From assembly GCA_976551045.1 (NCBI GenBank), contig CDPCPM010000114.1, positions 12,028,001 through 12,092,000 of the forward strand: a stretch of DNA of 64,000 bases. Direction: 5' to 3'. Position numbers and translations under genes: made by a program. Positions 41,000-52,756 of this stretch are shown in pieces. The stretch is from Glaucostegus cemiculus. Lineage: Eukaryota. The notes beneath the pieces are model-generated. The model was not told the DNA's origin and did not search any database. It saw only the letters and a program-made list of their open reading frames with translations. How positions within the stretch are numbered: position 1 is the first letter of the stretch; each line of letters begins with the position of its first letter.

Positions 41000-41845
41000 C
41001 AAAGTTGAGTTTATTGTCAAATGCACAAGCACATGTATGCACAGGTGCAATGACAAACTTATTTGCAGCAGTATCACAGGCACATAGCATCACATAAGCA
41101 GCATTCACAAGAAAAACATAAATTAAACATAAATTATACACAATTTTTTTTTACAAGAAAAAAGCAAAAGAAGACAACTTGAACAAAAAGAAAGGCCCAT
41201 TGTAGTGCAAAGTGGTTAGAATGGTCATAGTGTTGCTAAACTGCATTGGTGATTAGGGTTTTGCTGGTTAGTTCAAGAACTGAATGGTTGCTGGGAAGCA
41301 GCTGTTCTTGAATCTGATTGTGTGGGATTTCAGGCTGGCATAGCCCAGAAAGTGGGGATCTTTGATGATGAATGTTGCCTTCTTGAGCCAGTGCCTCCTA
41401 TAGATACTACCAATGGTGGGGAGGGATGCGCTTGTGATGTATTGGGCAGAGTCCACTACTTTCTGCAGCTTCTTGCGTTACTGCGCATTCGAATTGACGT
41501 ACCAGATTATGATGCAAGCAGTCATGATACTTTCAACAGTGCATCTGTAGTGTTGTTACCAATCCTCACTGATTGAGGTCTGCCAGTGAGGAAGATGACT
41601 ATCCAGTTGCAGAGGGAGGTACAGAGGTCCAGGTCTTGAAGTTTGATGATGAATTTGGATGGGATAATTGTCTTGAACGCCGAGCTGCAGTCGATGAATA
41701 GCAGCCTGATGTACGAGTTCCTGTTGTCCAGGTGGTCCAGAGCAGAGTGAAGAGCCTGAGAAATCGCATCTGCTGTTGATCTGTTGTGGCAGTAGGCAAA
41801 TTGGAGCTGATCCAGGTCATCTCTGAGGCAAGAGTTGCCTCCGAG
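41000..41845 (-). mobile_element. Rex1/Babar LINE with a large internal deletion
   Basis: [18 protein letters not shown]...[10 protein letters not shown] joined directly to YRCTVES...IIKDPH. Confidence 0.85.
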
Positions 41846-41979
41846 GCTGAGGTACTCGGCCAGGTAAGCCATCTGGACCAGAAGTCTTTTGTGAATTCAC
41901 CCTCGAAGGACATCAGCCTCGGAGACTGAAATTACTGAATAATTACTGAAATCAGCTGTTAAATTTGAAACAGTAGGAA

Positions 41980-42297
41980 GTATGTTCCAGATGTTGGGGA
42001 AATCCAGGACCAGAGGGCATGAGCTAAGAATTAAGGGTATGCCATTTAGGACAGAAGTGAGGAGAAACTTCTTCTCACAAAGGGTGGTAGATCTGTGGAA
42101 TGCACTGCCTCAGAGGGCAGTGGAGGCCAATACACTGGGCACTTTCAAGGAAGAGTTAGATAGGTTTCTTATAGATAGGGGAATCAGGGGATATGGGGAC
42201 AAGGCAGGAACAAGTTATTGATCAGCCATGATCTCAAAATGGCGGAGCAGACTCGAAGGGCCGAAAGGTCTACTTCTGCTCCTATTGTCTATTGTCT
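41980..42297 (+). mobile_element. Young CR1 3' fragment
   Basis: SRTRGHELRIKG...FFSQRVVDLWNALPQRAVEA; (ctattgt) tail. Confidence 0.88.
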
Positions 42298-42379
42298 GAC
42301 TGGAAACATAGTTTGTCTAATGAAGATCTTCTTCTGTTTGATATCTCGTCATTGGGCAAATAGCTAACTTATCTATGCT

Positions 42380-42701
42380 ATGCTATTTCCCAGACCGCAG
42401 ATGCACAAGACGAGAGGGCATGGCTATAAGATATTGGGTGGAAAGTTTAGGGGAGATGTCAGAGGGAAGTTTTTCACCCAGAGAGTGGTTGGCGCATGGA
42501 ATGCGCTGCCTGGGGTGGTAGTAGAGGCAGATACAATGGACAGGTTCAAGAGATTGTTAGATAGGCACATGGAAGAATGTGAAATAGTAGGATATGTGGG
42601 AGGAAAGAGTTAGATTGTGAGATGTTTGAAGGATGGCACAACTTGGTGGGCCGAAGGGCCTGTTTTGTGCTGTAAGGTTCTATGGTTTCTATGGTTCTAT
42701 G
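42380..42701 (+). mobile_element. Young CR1 3' fragment, different subfamily
   Basis: KTRGHGYK...FFTQRVVGAWNALPG; (ggttctat) tail. Confidence 0.88.
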
Positions 42702-43299
42702 TCCAAGGTTAGATCTTTTTTTCACCATCTTCATTGGGTGCTGAATAAAAAGGTCACTGTTCTTAATTTTTCATAACAAGAAATGAAAGCTTCACCAAGA
42801 CCAGAATGGAACAACAAAATAGGAATTGGCACCAGAATAATGCACATTATTATACAATTACACATACGAATTGGCAAATTCATGATGTGGAAAAGAGGAT
42901 GGTTTGTGAAATGTGACTCCAACAATGGCACAATGTGTGTTTATTACTACATTATCCACATTGCATTTTGAGACACTGCACGTTATGCACATTTATATTT
43001 GAGGTAAAGAGGACACCAAACATTTGTTACTACTTTACGAGTTATTCAGTGATAAAATCAACTTTCTGCCCAATGGGGAAAACATACTTGTTTCAGGAAT
43101 GTAGTACATACTCAAGTTAAAAACATATTTTTGTGTATGTTTACATGCTCTTTTGTACTTGAACTGTTTCGACATGTTTAAACATGCATTTTAATCAGAC
43201 TTAGTATTGAATGTTCTTATCATAAAATTTTACTTATACATATCACATTGTATTGAACCATTACAATTATTTTAATTAATACTTGTTAATATTTAACTG

Positions 43300-44085
43300 G
43301 TGGAGGAATGGCAAATGGCATTCAATTCAAATAAGTGCAAGGAATTACATTTTGGCCAGTCAAACCAGGGTAGGACTTTCACATTGAATGGTAGGGCCCT
43401 GGAGAGTACAAGTAAATAGTTCCCTGTAAGTGGTGCCACAGGTAGACAGGGAGGTGAGGAAGGCATTTGGCTTGCTGGCCTTAATCAGTATGGAGTATAG
43501 GAGTATAGGAGATAGGATGTTATGTTGCTGTTGTACAAGATGTTGGTGAGGCTGCACCTGGAGTATTGTGTACAATTTTGTTTACCCTGTTATCTGAAAA
43601 TTGTCATGAAGTGGAAAGATTGCAAAGAAGAGATACAAGAATATTGCCAGGACTTGAGGGCTTGAGTTATAGGAAAATGTTTAGTCTGGTGGAACCTTAT
43701 TCCTTCAAACGCAGGGGACTGACGGGTAACCTTACAGAGATGTATAAAATCATGAAGGGCAAGGATAAGGCAAATGCACACATTCTCTTTCCCAGGTAAA
43801 GGGAATCAAAAACTAGAGGACATAGGTTTAAGGCGAGAGGGGAAAGATTTAAGAGTCCTGAGGGTCAACTTCTTCATGAAGAGGGTGGTGCTTATATGGA
43901 ATGGATTGCTAGAGGGGGAGGTTGAGGCAGGTACAATAACACCATTTAAAAGACATTTGGACAGGTACATGGATAAGAAAGGTTTAGAGGGATGTGGGCA
44001 GGCAAATGAGACTAGCTTAGATGCACATCTTGGTCGGCATGGATCAGTTGGGCCAAAGTACCTGTTTCCATGCTGTATTACATTT
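43300..44085 (+). mobile_element. CR1 3' region
   Basis: WQMAFNSNKC, ILPGLEGLSY, KRVVLIWNGL. Confidence 0.85.
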
Positions 44086-44148
44086 ATAACATTTTAATTC
44101 ATTTATTTTTGTGAAATGAATTAAAACAAGTTCTAGCTTAGAATTCAG

Positions 44149-44280
44149 AGAGAGAGACGGCAGATGATGGAACCTGGAGCAAAAAATGAACTGCTGGATG
44201 AACTCAACAGGTTAAGCAATATCCGTGGAAGCAAAGGGGCGGTTGATGTTTTGGCTCAGGACCATGCATCAGGGCTCAGA
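44149..44280. repeat. Single-arm fold-back family copy flanked by a direct repeat
   Basis: cagatgatggaacctggagc...ctgctggatgaactc; agcttagaattcag (44135-44148) vs agcatagaattcag (44281-44294). Confidence 0.55.
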
Positions 44281-44839
44281 AGCATAGAATTCAGTTGATA
44301 TTTTAAAATAATCAGCTTTCTCTTGTAGGGCATTGCTTAATTTTAAAACATTTAATATAATTTGAGCTTACATTGAGAAATATATCACCAAAATAGATCT
44401 TGTTATCAGGATAATTAAGGATGAGGAAGGGTCATTTTAATTAACCTGCCTCAGCTGATCATGAAGTCTTCCACTCCAACATCCTACTGTTTTAAGATGA
44501 TAAATTTACATCCTACCCATTCTCTGGGACTCTATTCCAAATTACTGAGCTGTTAGATCAAAGCTAGATCTAGCAATGAATGAAGGTCGACAATTGAACA
44601 ACTAACAGGAGGTACTACTTCAAGAATATCCCAATCTTCAATGATGACAGGGTCCAGTGTGTGAATGCTATGTATTAGGTTGAAGCATTTCCAACTATGA
44701 TCAACCAGAAATACCAAGTGGATTATCTATCTCGCTGCCTCCTGAAATCCCTATCATCACAGAAATCAGTCTTTAGACCACTTAATTCACTCTGTGTGTA
44801 ATCAGGAAATTGCTAAGAGCACTAGAGACAGCAAAAGCT

Positions 44840-46312
44840 CTAACACCGATTGTCATGAAATGCTTTGAGAGGCTAGTTATGAAGCACATTAGAGCCATCC
44901 TCCCCCCATCCTTGGATCCTCATCAGTATGCTTATCAGGCAAACAGGTCCACCGATGATGCAGTCTCCTCTGCCATGCACTCTGCACTATATCACTTAGA
45001 TTAGAAGGACTCATACTGCCGACTGCTATTCATCGACTTCAGCTCCGCTTTCAATACCATCATCCTGCAACAGCTAATCAGGAAGTTGAGCGCTCTGGGC
45101 ATTAACTCTCCTCTCTGCAACTGGATACTGGATTTTCTAACTTGTAGGCCGCAGTCAGTCAAAATTGGTGAAAACACCTCAAGCACCATCACACTGAGCA
45201 CTGGCTCCCCACAGGGTTGTGTGCTCAGTCCGCTCCTGTTCACCTTGTTGACTCACGACTGTGAGGCCAGATCCAGCTCCAACCGCATTGTTAAATTTGC
45301 CGATGACACGACAGTGGTGGGTCTTGTCACGAATGACGATGAGTTGGACTACAGAGTGGAGGTGAAACAACTAGCCGTGTGGTGCCATGACAACAACCTC
45401 TCCTTGAATGTGGATAAAACCAAGGAGATGATAGTGGATTTTAGGAGGGGTCACCGTGTGCACGCCCCACTGACCATCAACAGGTCTGCTGTGGAACAAG
45501 TACGCAGCACCAAGTTCCTGGGGGTGCACATCACCGACGACCTGACCTGGTCCACTAACATTTCGGCCCTCACGAAGAAAGCTCAGAAACGCCTCTACTT
45601 CCTGCAGAGACTGAGGAAAGCGTACCCCCATCCCTCCGTCATGAAAACCTTCTATAGGGGGACCATCGAGAGCATCCTAACTCAATGTATCACTGTTTGG
45701 TTTGGGAGCTGCTCAGCTGCTGGACGGAAGTCCCTCCAGACGATAGTTAGGGCTGCGGAGTGGATCATAGGTGTCTCGCTTCCATCCGTCGCAGACATAT
45801 ACAAAGACCGTTGTGTGAGGAAGACCAAAAGCATAATGGCCGACCCTTCTCACCCCTCCCACCACCTCTTCACAATTTTGCCATCAGGGAGGAGGCTTAA
45901 ATGTATCAGGGCAAGAACGACCAGGCTGAACAATAGCTTCTTTCCGCAAGCCATCAGAACTGCAAACTCTCTTATCCCTCCATCTTCCTTTGTTAACACT
46001 AAGAGATGCTAGGTGCACAGAAATGCACCAGCACTTTAAATGCCCGACACCAGCCCGTTCACTTTAATAACTACTTATTTATTTACCAGCCATTTTTAAT
46101 TTAATCTGCGTACTTTAATTTAATTTTAACTTCCATAGTTTTTAATGTCTAATGTTTTGTAATGTTTATTCTGTCAAGTGTGTATGTGTGTCTCTGTTGG
46201 TTGTTATATTATTTTATGGGACGAGCTCCTGAGGAGGACGGTATCTCGCTCCTATGCATACTATGTATGTATATGGTTGTGACAATAAAAACTGATTCTG
46301 ATTCTGATTCTG
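44840..46312 (+). mobile_element. Young 5'-truncated Rex1/Babar LINE with a 7-bp TSD
   Basis: One frame from [13 protein letters not shown] to 46012 with a single stop (45002-45004); [15 protein letters not shown]; (ctgatt)n tail; aaaagct at 44833-44839 and 46313-46319. Confidence 0.95.
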
Positions 46313-47159
46313 AAAAGCTACAGGACCATTCAACATTCCAAGTAGAGCACTGAAAGCCAGCCTTCCAGAATTAGTTGTGCCTCTAGCCAAGTTCCAGTAA
46401 GATCGCAAATTGACACCAATCCTGTGTGGAAAATTGCCCAGTAAGGCCTGTTCACAAAAAAAAAGACATCCAATCAGGTAATTACTGACCAATCAGCCAA
46501 TTTGTCAACAGTGTCATCACTTACTCTGCCCAATTTGGGTTTCACCAGCACCACTAAGCTCCTGATGTCATCATAGACTCAGTGCAAACAAAGACTGAAG
46601 TGCTACATTCAAAAGGTGAGGTGTGACCCTTGAAATCTAGGTAGCATTTGACCCATTTGGGCATCAAAGAACTCTGGTAAAACTGGAGTCAGTGACATCA
46701 AAGGGAAATAACCCAATCATTTCAGCCTCTGGCAATCACTGCAGGAATTCTCAGGATGTTCTTGGCTGAAACATCTTCAGATGCTTCATCAATGACTTTC
46801 TGTTCACTGTCAGCTCAGTTGTCAGGCTGTTTACTGATGATTATAGAATGCTTACTTCTGTTTGCAACTTCTCAACCAATGAAGCAGTTCATGCCCACAT
46901 GCAGTTAGACCTAGACTGATAAATGGCAAATAGCATTCATAGCACAAAAGTACCAGCAATGACTATCTCCAACGAGTTGGTGTCTAACCACCTATCACTA
47001 ATATTGGCATTATCAATACTGAATCCCTCACCATCAGCATCCTGGGGTCACCATTGAATAGAAATGCAAATGAATTTAACGTCGAGCAATTCAAAGGCTG
47101 GGTATCCTCCAGTGAGTGATTTGCCTCCTGATACCCCAAAGCCTTTCCACCATCTACCT

Positions 47160-48925
47160 TCTTAGGCAGTCCCTGGGGATCAAGGATGCCTTGATTCACT
47201 CCATTCTTAAGGTGCTAATGAGGCCAGGTCGGTCAGAAGATGCTTGACAGGCAGGTAACCGTTATTTTGGGAGGTTGTGCCCTTTGTCTGCTTTGTATGC
47301 TGGTTTCTTCTATGCTCCCAGTCTGTGGACCCAGGATTTTCAATCCTGGATGGTCCTCCTCCATTTTCAGTGGTCATGGGCCAGGGATTCCCATAAGTGA
47401 ATGGGAATATTACAATTTTGCAAAGAGGATTTGAGAACACACTTAAATCTTTTCATCTTTTCATCTGGTAATCTCTTACTGTGACAATCTCTTATTGGGA
47501 CCTCAGTGCTGGGGACATTATGCTGGGAAGAGCAATGGCATTGGTTTGCTTATCCTACCAGCAGATTTGGAGGATTTTATGGGAACACAATGATGATACC
47601 TCTCCACTGCTGTGGGTACTCCAAGTCTCAGAAGAGTCCAGGAGCTTGGGAATCGTTGCTGCTCAGTAGCTCTGTGCCACATTTGTAGTCCCAATCTTCA
47701 AACAATCTTCTCCTCAGATAGCCAAAGGCTGTGCCGGTTCATGGAGGGTGATGATGAATGTCATCACTGATGTCTGCCACTGCTGAGAGATGGCTCTGAG
47801 ATTTGAGAAATGGTTCATATTTTCCAGTGTCTGATCATAAATCTTTATTGTCAGATGATGTTGTACAGCAGAGACAGGTTGTAGAGCAACTTTGTTTTGT
47901 GGCAACAGAAATGTTGATGCAAGAACATCAATGTTGTAGGTTTCAAGTAGCCACTGAAGATCACTCTTTTCGGATAGTGCCTCACAGACGATCTGACAAC
48001 TCCCAATTGAAAAGAACCACAAAATATTCAAAGCATCTGAACTGCCCTGAAGTCCACTATTACCAACACTTACGAAAAGGCTCTTTGTTTTTTACCGGAT
48101 AGTACTTGGACTGGTTTGATGAAGATGACTAAGAAATCCAAGGAGCTAATTAACTGCAGGGTCAAGCCGATATTGGGTTGGAGGCACAAGAGACTTCAGA
48201 TGCTGGAATCAGAGCAAGAAACAAACTGCTGGATGAACTTAGTGGGTCAAGCAGCACCCATGGAGGCAAAGGGATGGTCGACATTTTGGGTTGAAACCCT
48301 GCAACCAGTCAATTATTGTTTGGAAGCTCCACTGCTCCTCAAATGAAAAGAAACAGCTCCACAGGCACCTGAAGACTGAGATCCAACAGAAAGCTTGTGA
48401 CCTAAAGATCCAGATGATGGGTGAAAGGAGCACAGGAGGTATAGTAACTCTCATTAACAGCTATTGCACGCATGGATTCTTCAGTGTTATCAAGGCCACC
48501 TGCATTCCAAAACCTGACAGCCAAGAGCTCCATTCCATAGAAACTAACCAGTCCAGTCTTGTTAGTCCTGATCGACAAGAAGTTGAAAATGCTATACCAA
48601 ATGAAAAACAACAGGCATTGGAAGCCATTTGTTTTCCTGCTAAAGTTCCAAAGTTTAGTGGAGAGGAATCTCAGTCACAAATTCACAATCTCATCTCCCA
48701 TGTTTGGGAGGAAGCAAAACACACTGCAGGACATCAGATATGCTATAATTGTGACCATTTTCAAGACAAGAAACAATGGGATCGTGGTTACTACAGAGTG
48801 GTCTCCCTGCTGTGTGCCACAGGAAAGGTCATCACCAGTATCCTCCAAAATTGTTTCCTTCCAGTGGCTAAAGACCTGGTCCCTGAACTGCTCTATGGAT
48901 TCCATCCATCTTGAGGTACAATGAA
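47160..48925. mobile_element. RTE-clade LINE: 3' end on minus (about 47160-47650) and ORF2 segment on plus (about 47750-48925)
   Basis: cttaggcagtccct..gatcaaggatg terminus; DWFDE, DIRYAIIVTIFK, YRVVSLLCATGKV, VPELLYGFHPS. Confidence 0.65.
48185..48305. repeat. Single-arm fold-back family copy nested in the RTE
   Basis: cagatgctggaatcagagc...ggtcgacattttgggttgaaaccctgca. Confidence 0.6.
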
Positions 48926-49310
48926 CATGTACAGCACAACAACTCCACAAGAAATACAGCAAGCAACAGTAACTGCAACACATGAACTTAGAGGATCTAT
49001 AGAGTATCCTCCCCATAATTGTCTGCCTTCATTTGCTACCATGAACTTCAGGGGTTTGGGAATACCACCAACTGCACAGTCCTCTCCAAGCCACACCCCA
49101 TCCTGATATGAAAATATAGTGCAATTCCTTCATTTTCACAGGGTTTAAATCCTGGATCTCCCTACCCAATAACATTGCGGGAGGATCTTCAACCATGATT
49201 TAAGAAGATTGCTCACCTCCAGCTTTGCAAGTACTGTTAAGAATGGGCAACAAACGCTGGCCTTGCTGGTAACATCTTGGTCCTGAAAAATGAATTATTT
49301 TTTTTTAAAT

Positions 49311-49341
<31 letters not shown>
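49311..49341. repeat. (TG)n microsatellite
   Basis: Interrupted TG run. Confidence 0.85.
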
Positions 49342-49760
49342 AAGGAAATTGCTGACAATAATTCTATATTATTTTTTTCTTTAGTTTTCACCTTTATCCT
49401 CTGATTGTATCTTGAGTTTAGTTGGAAATAATTTTCTAGGATTATCTGAAAAAGTCTGAAAAGTGGTAAGGGATTTGATGTGTTTAGGAAATGATGCATA
49501 GTCTTGCAAAATTGGTCCTTGGTGCTCTAATATCCCTGCAGAAAATGAGCACAGTGGGGTTCATTTTCAAACCTCAGATTTTGTCAAGTCTCCCTTTTTA
49601 GCTCAGTTCTCCAGTGCTAACATTTGGCCTTGTGGCCTCTCACTGAATTACCCCAATGGACTCATTTTTTTCTCCCTCTTGTTTAATCATGATTGCATGT
49701 GTTGATTATTGAATATGCCAGAAACTCCCAGGTCTCTCTCGACTTGATCCTTAGCTATTT

Positions 49761-51210
49761 AAGAATCAGAATCAGAATCATTGTCACTTCCATATACACA
49801 TTCAGCTTGCGTGGAAATGAAATACCCTACTCCACAGATCAAGGTGCTCGTCACATTAAAAAAAACAATGAGAGACACAAAGACAGAAAGACATTAACAA
49901 CATTGGAACCACAAAATTAAATAGAGACTCGAATAAACAATCTTAGAGTGAGCGTACTGAGGCAGTAGACAACGGACATTTAAAGTGCTGGTGCATTTTT
50001 GTACGCCTAGCATCCTTTGGTGTTGGCGGGAGGGATGAGGGAGTTCATGGTTCTGATAGCTTGTGGGAAAAAGCTATTGCACATTCTGGTAGTCCTTACC
50101 CGGATGCACTGGAGCCTTCTTCCGGATGGCAAGAGTGTAAAGAGGTGGTTGGAGGAATGAGAAGGGTCCGGCATTATGTTTGTGGCCTTTCTGACACATC
50201 AGTCCACATATATATATATCTGCTGTAGAGGGTAGAGAGACACCTATGATCTTCTCTGCCACTCTCACTATTTTCTGCAGGGACTTCCATCCAGCAGCTG
50301 AGCAGCTCCCATACCAGATGGTGATGCAGTATGTCAGAATACTCTCAGTGGTCCCTCTATAAAAAGTTTTCATAATAGAAGGATGGGAGTTCACGTTCCT
50401 CAATCTCCGCAGGAAGTAGAGGCGTTTCTGGGCTTTCTTGGTGAGGGCTGTGGTGTTAATGGACCAGGTCAGGTCATCAGCGATGTGCACCCCCAGGAAC
50501 TTGGTGCTGCTGACTTGTTCCACCACAGACCCGTTGATGGTCAGCGGGGCGTGCACATGGCGACCTTTCCTGAAATCCACTACCACCTCCTTGGTTTTTC
50601 CCACATTCAGGGAGAGGTTGTTGTTGCTGCACCACATGGCCAGTTGCTTCACCTCTTCTCTATAGTTTGTTTCATCATTGTCCGTGACGAGACCCACCAC
50701 TGTCGTGTCGTCAGTGAATTTAACAATGTGATTGGAGCTGGATCTGGCCACGCAGTCGTATTTCAGCAAGGTGAGCAGGAGCGGGCTGAGCACACAGCCC
50801 TGAGGGGAGCCAGTGCTCAGTGTGATGGTGCTTGAGGATTTTTCTCCTATTTTGACTGACTGTGGCCTGCAAGTGAGGAAGTCTAGTATCCAGTTGCAGA
50901 GAGGTGTGTTAAAGCCCAGTGTGCTCAACTTCCCAATCAGCTGTTGTGGGATGATGGTGTTGAATGCGGAGCTGAAGTCAATAATCAGCTGTTGTGGGAT
51001 GATGGTGTTGAATGCGGAGCTGAAGTCAATGAATAGTAGTCTGACATATGTATCTTTCTTTTCCAAATGAGATAGCGCTGAATGCAGGGCAGAGGATACT
51101 GCATCATCTGTAGGCCTGTTTGCCCGATATACATATTGATGGGGATTCATGGTTGGGGGAAGGATGGATCTGATGTGCCTCATGACTAGCCTCTCAAAAC
51201 ATTTCATAAT
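49761..51210 (-). mobile_element. Young 5'-truncated Rex1/Babar LINE with an internal 48-bp duplication
   Basis: ORF 50074-51207: [23 protein letters not shown]; frameshift near the (at)n run at about 50210; (gaatca) tail. Confidence 0.95.
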
Positions 51211-51374
51211 AATACTATTGCAAAATACTATTATGAAATACTATGAAGTACTATTTCAATACTATTTCATTGTTTTTTTCATCTCTTTAGTACCTATATA
51301 TTTTTGATCTCTTTAGTACCTTTATAATTGCTGCTATTAAATTTACTCTTTTTGTCTTGTCCTTGGATCAGTTA

Positions 51375-51720
51375 TAATGTGCTCACCATTGAGTCAGAAC
51401 TTAGTGGCAACAGATTCCCGCTTCAGAGCATAAAATGTATGCTGGCATTTCAGTGTAGTACTGAGGGAAGTGCTGTGTTATTGGAGGTGATGCCTCCAAA
51501 TGTGTGTTTACATTAACTTGCCCATTCTGGTAAATATAGAAGGTTCTTTGTCTAATAACTCATGTCCCAGCCCCTCAACTAACACCAGCAAAAATGGATG
51601 GCCTAATCATTATCACCTTGATATTGGCAGGGCTTTGATTATAAGTTGCCTGTTGTATTTTCCTTTATTGTATTAGTGACTGCAATACCAGCAGTATTTT
51701 ACTAAGTGAAGCTCTTTGAA
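51375..51720 (+). mobile_element. DeuSINE-like degraded SINE
   Basis: tgagtcagaa...cagtgtagtactgagggaagtgctg...ccctcaactaacacc. Confidence 0.5.
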
Positions 51721-51779
51721 CATGGATTTCAGGCTGATGATCTTAATGTACAGAGCAAACTTAAAGGATCATTTGGCCT

Positions 51780-52007
51780 TGTAGCGACTCACGATATCGG
51801 GATCTGAAACGCCGTCGGCGGGAAATGCGCGAGTTCCTGCGATAGTGCCGGAAGGCGGGACTTCCGGCGGGAGTATGACTTTACTTCCACCGGCCACGTT
51901 TTTTGTAGTTTGGGATATGTGCGGCTTTTGGTGAGTTATTAAAAACGTGCTCGATCGAGTCTCCGTGTCCTCATGTTCTTTTAAGTCACACCCTGCTGGC
52001 TGCTACA
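51780..52007 (+). repeat. 5' LTR (228 bp)
   Basis: tgtagcgactc...gctgctaca; direct repeat of 55814-56049; contains attaaa. Confidence 0.97.
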
Positions 52008-52009
52008 TT

Positions 52010-52023
52010 TGGTGACCCCAACG
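52010..52023 (+). promoter_or_regulatory. Primer-binding site, tRNA-Trp type
   Basis: tggtgaccccaacg 2 nt after the LTR; complement of the tRNA-Trp 3' end (TGGTGACCCCGACG) with one mismatch. Confidence 0.85.
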
Positions 52024-52045
52024 ATTCCAGACGGCATCTGGAATC

Positions 52046-52738
52046 ATGGATACTGACTCCCACAACGCCGTGGCACTCAAGCTCCCGGTTTTCTGGACCT
52101 CACAGCCTCAAGTCTGGTTTGAACAGGCGGAGGCCCAGTTCAGCGTCAGGGGCATCGAAGCCGACGCCACGAAGTATTACTACATGGTCAGCGCCCTCGA
52201 CCAGGACACAGCCGGTCGCATCATCGATTTCCTACGCCAGCCACCGACGGAGGGCAGGTACACCCAAATCAAGGCTCTCCTCATCTGCACGTTCGGCCTT
52301 TCCCTCAGTGTCCGAGCCACAAGGCTCCTCCATATGGACGGCCTAGGCGACCGCAACCCCTCCGAGTTGATGGACGAGATGCTGGCACTCATGGACGGCC
52401 ATCAGCCATGTTTCCTGTTCCGGCAGCTATTCCTCGAGCAACTCCCGGATGATATGCGCCCCCTCCTCGCCGACGGAGATTTCAGCGACCCGTGTGCCCT
52501 CGCGGCCACAGCGGATGTCATTTGGTGCAGTTGGCGGCGAGGAGTGGCCTCCGCCTGCGTAGCGGCGGCCTCGCAGCCTCCGGCTAAGGTTCCGAAACCC
52601 AAACCGTCAGGGCCCGCAGAGGACAAAGACAAAGGCCCAGGGCAGTGGTGTTTCTACCACAAGAGGTGGGGGACGAATGCACGCCGCTGCCAGCCGCCGT
52701 GTTCTTTCTCGGGAAACGCCGAGGCCGGCCGTCGTTAG
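52046..52738 (+). CDS. gag: Gag, 230 aa, intact frame, CHCC knuckle
   Basis: VALKLPVFWTSQPQVWFEQAEAQF N-terminus; CFYHKRWGTNARRCQPPC (C-x2-H-x9-C-x3-C). Confidence 0.92.
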   Translation: MDTDSHNAVALKLPVFWTSQPQVWFEQAEAQFSVRGIEADATKYYYMVSALDQDTAGRIIDFLRQPPTEGRYTQIKALLICTFGLSLSVRATRLLHMDGLGDRNPSELMDEMLALMDGHQPCFLFRQLFLEQLPDDMRPLLADGDFSDPCALAATADVIWCSWRRGVASACVAAASQPPAKVPKPKPSGPAEDKDKGPGQWCFYHKRWGTNARRCQPPCSFSGNAEAGRR

Positions 52739-52756
52739 TGGCTTCGACGGCTGGCC
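52711..52756 (+). promoter_or_regulatory. -1 programmed ribosomal frameshift signal
   Basis: G GGA AAC in gag frame, 5-nt spacer, 12-bp stem ggccggccgtcg/cgacggctggcc; the -1 frame is the pol frame. Confidence 0.85.

Larger units (their letters stand above)
44570..49295 (+). mobile_element. Old L2/CR1-superfamily LINE hosting nested Rex1 and RTE insertions
   Basis: LRALETAKA | (Rex1) | KATGP..IPSRALKASLPELVVPLAKFQ..WKIAQ; FTDD; 3' part resumes near 48930. Confidence 0.6.

Noticed and set aside
48291-48914. 207-aa ORF as a host gene
   Set aside because: Frameshifted RTE ORF2 remnant
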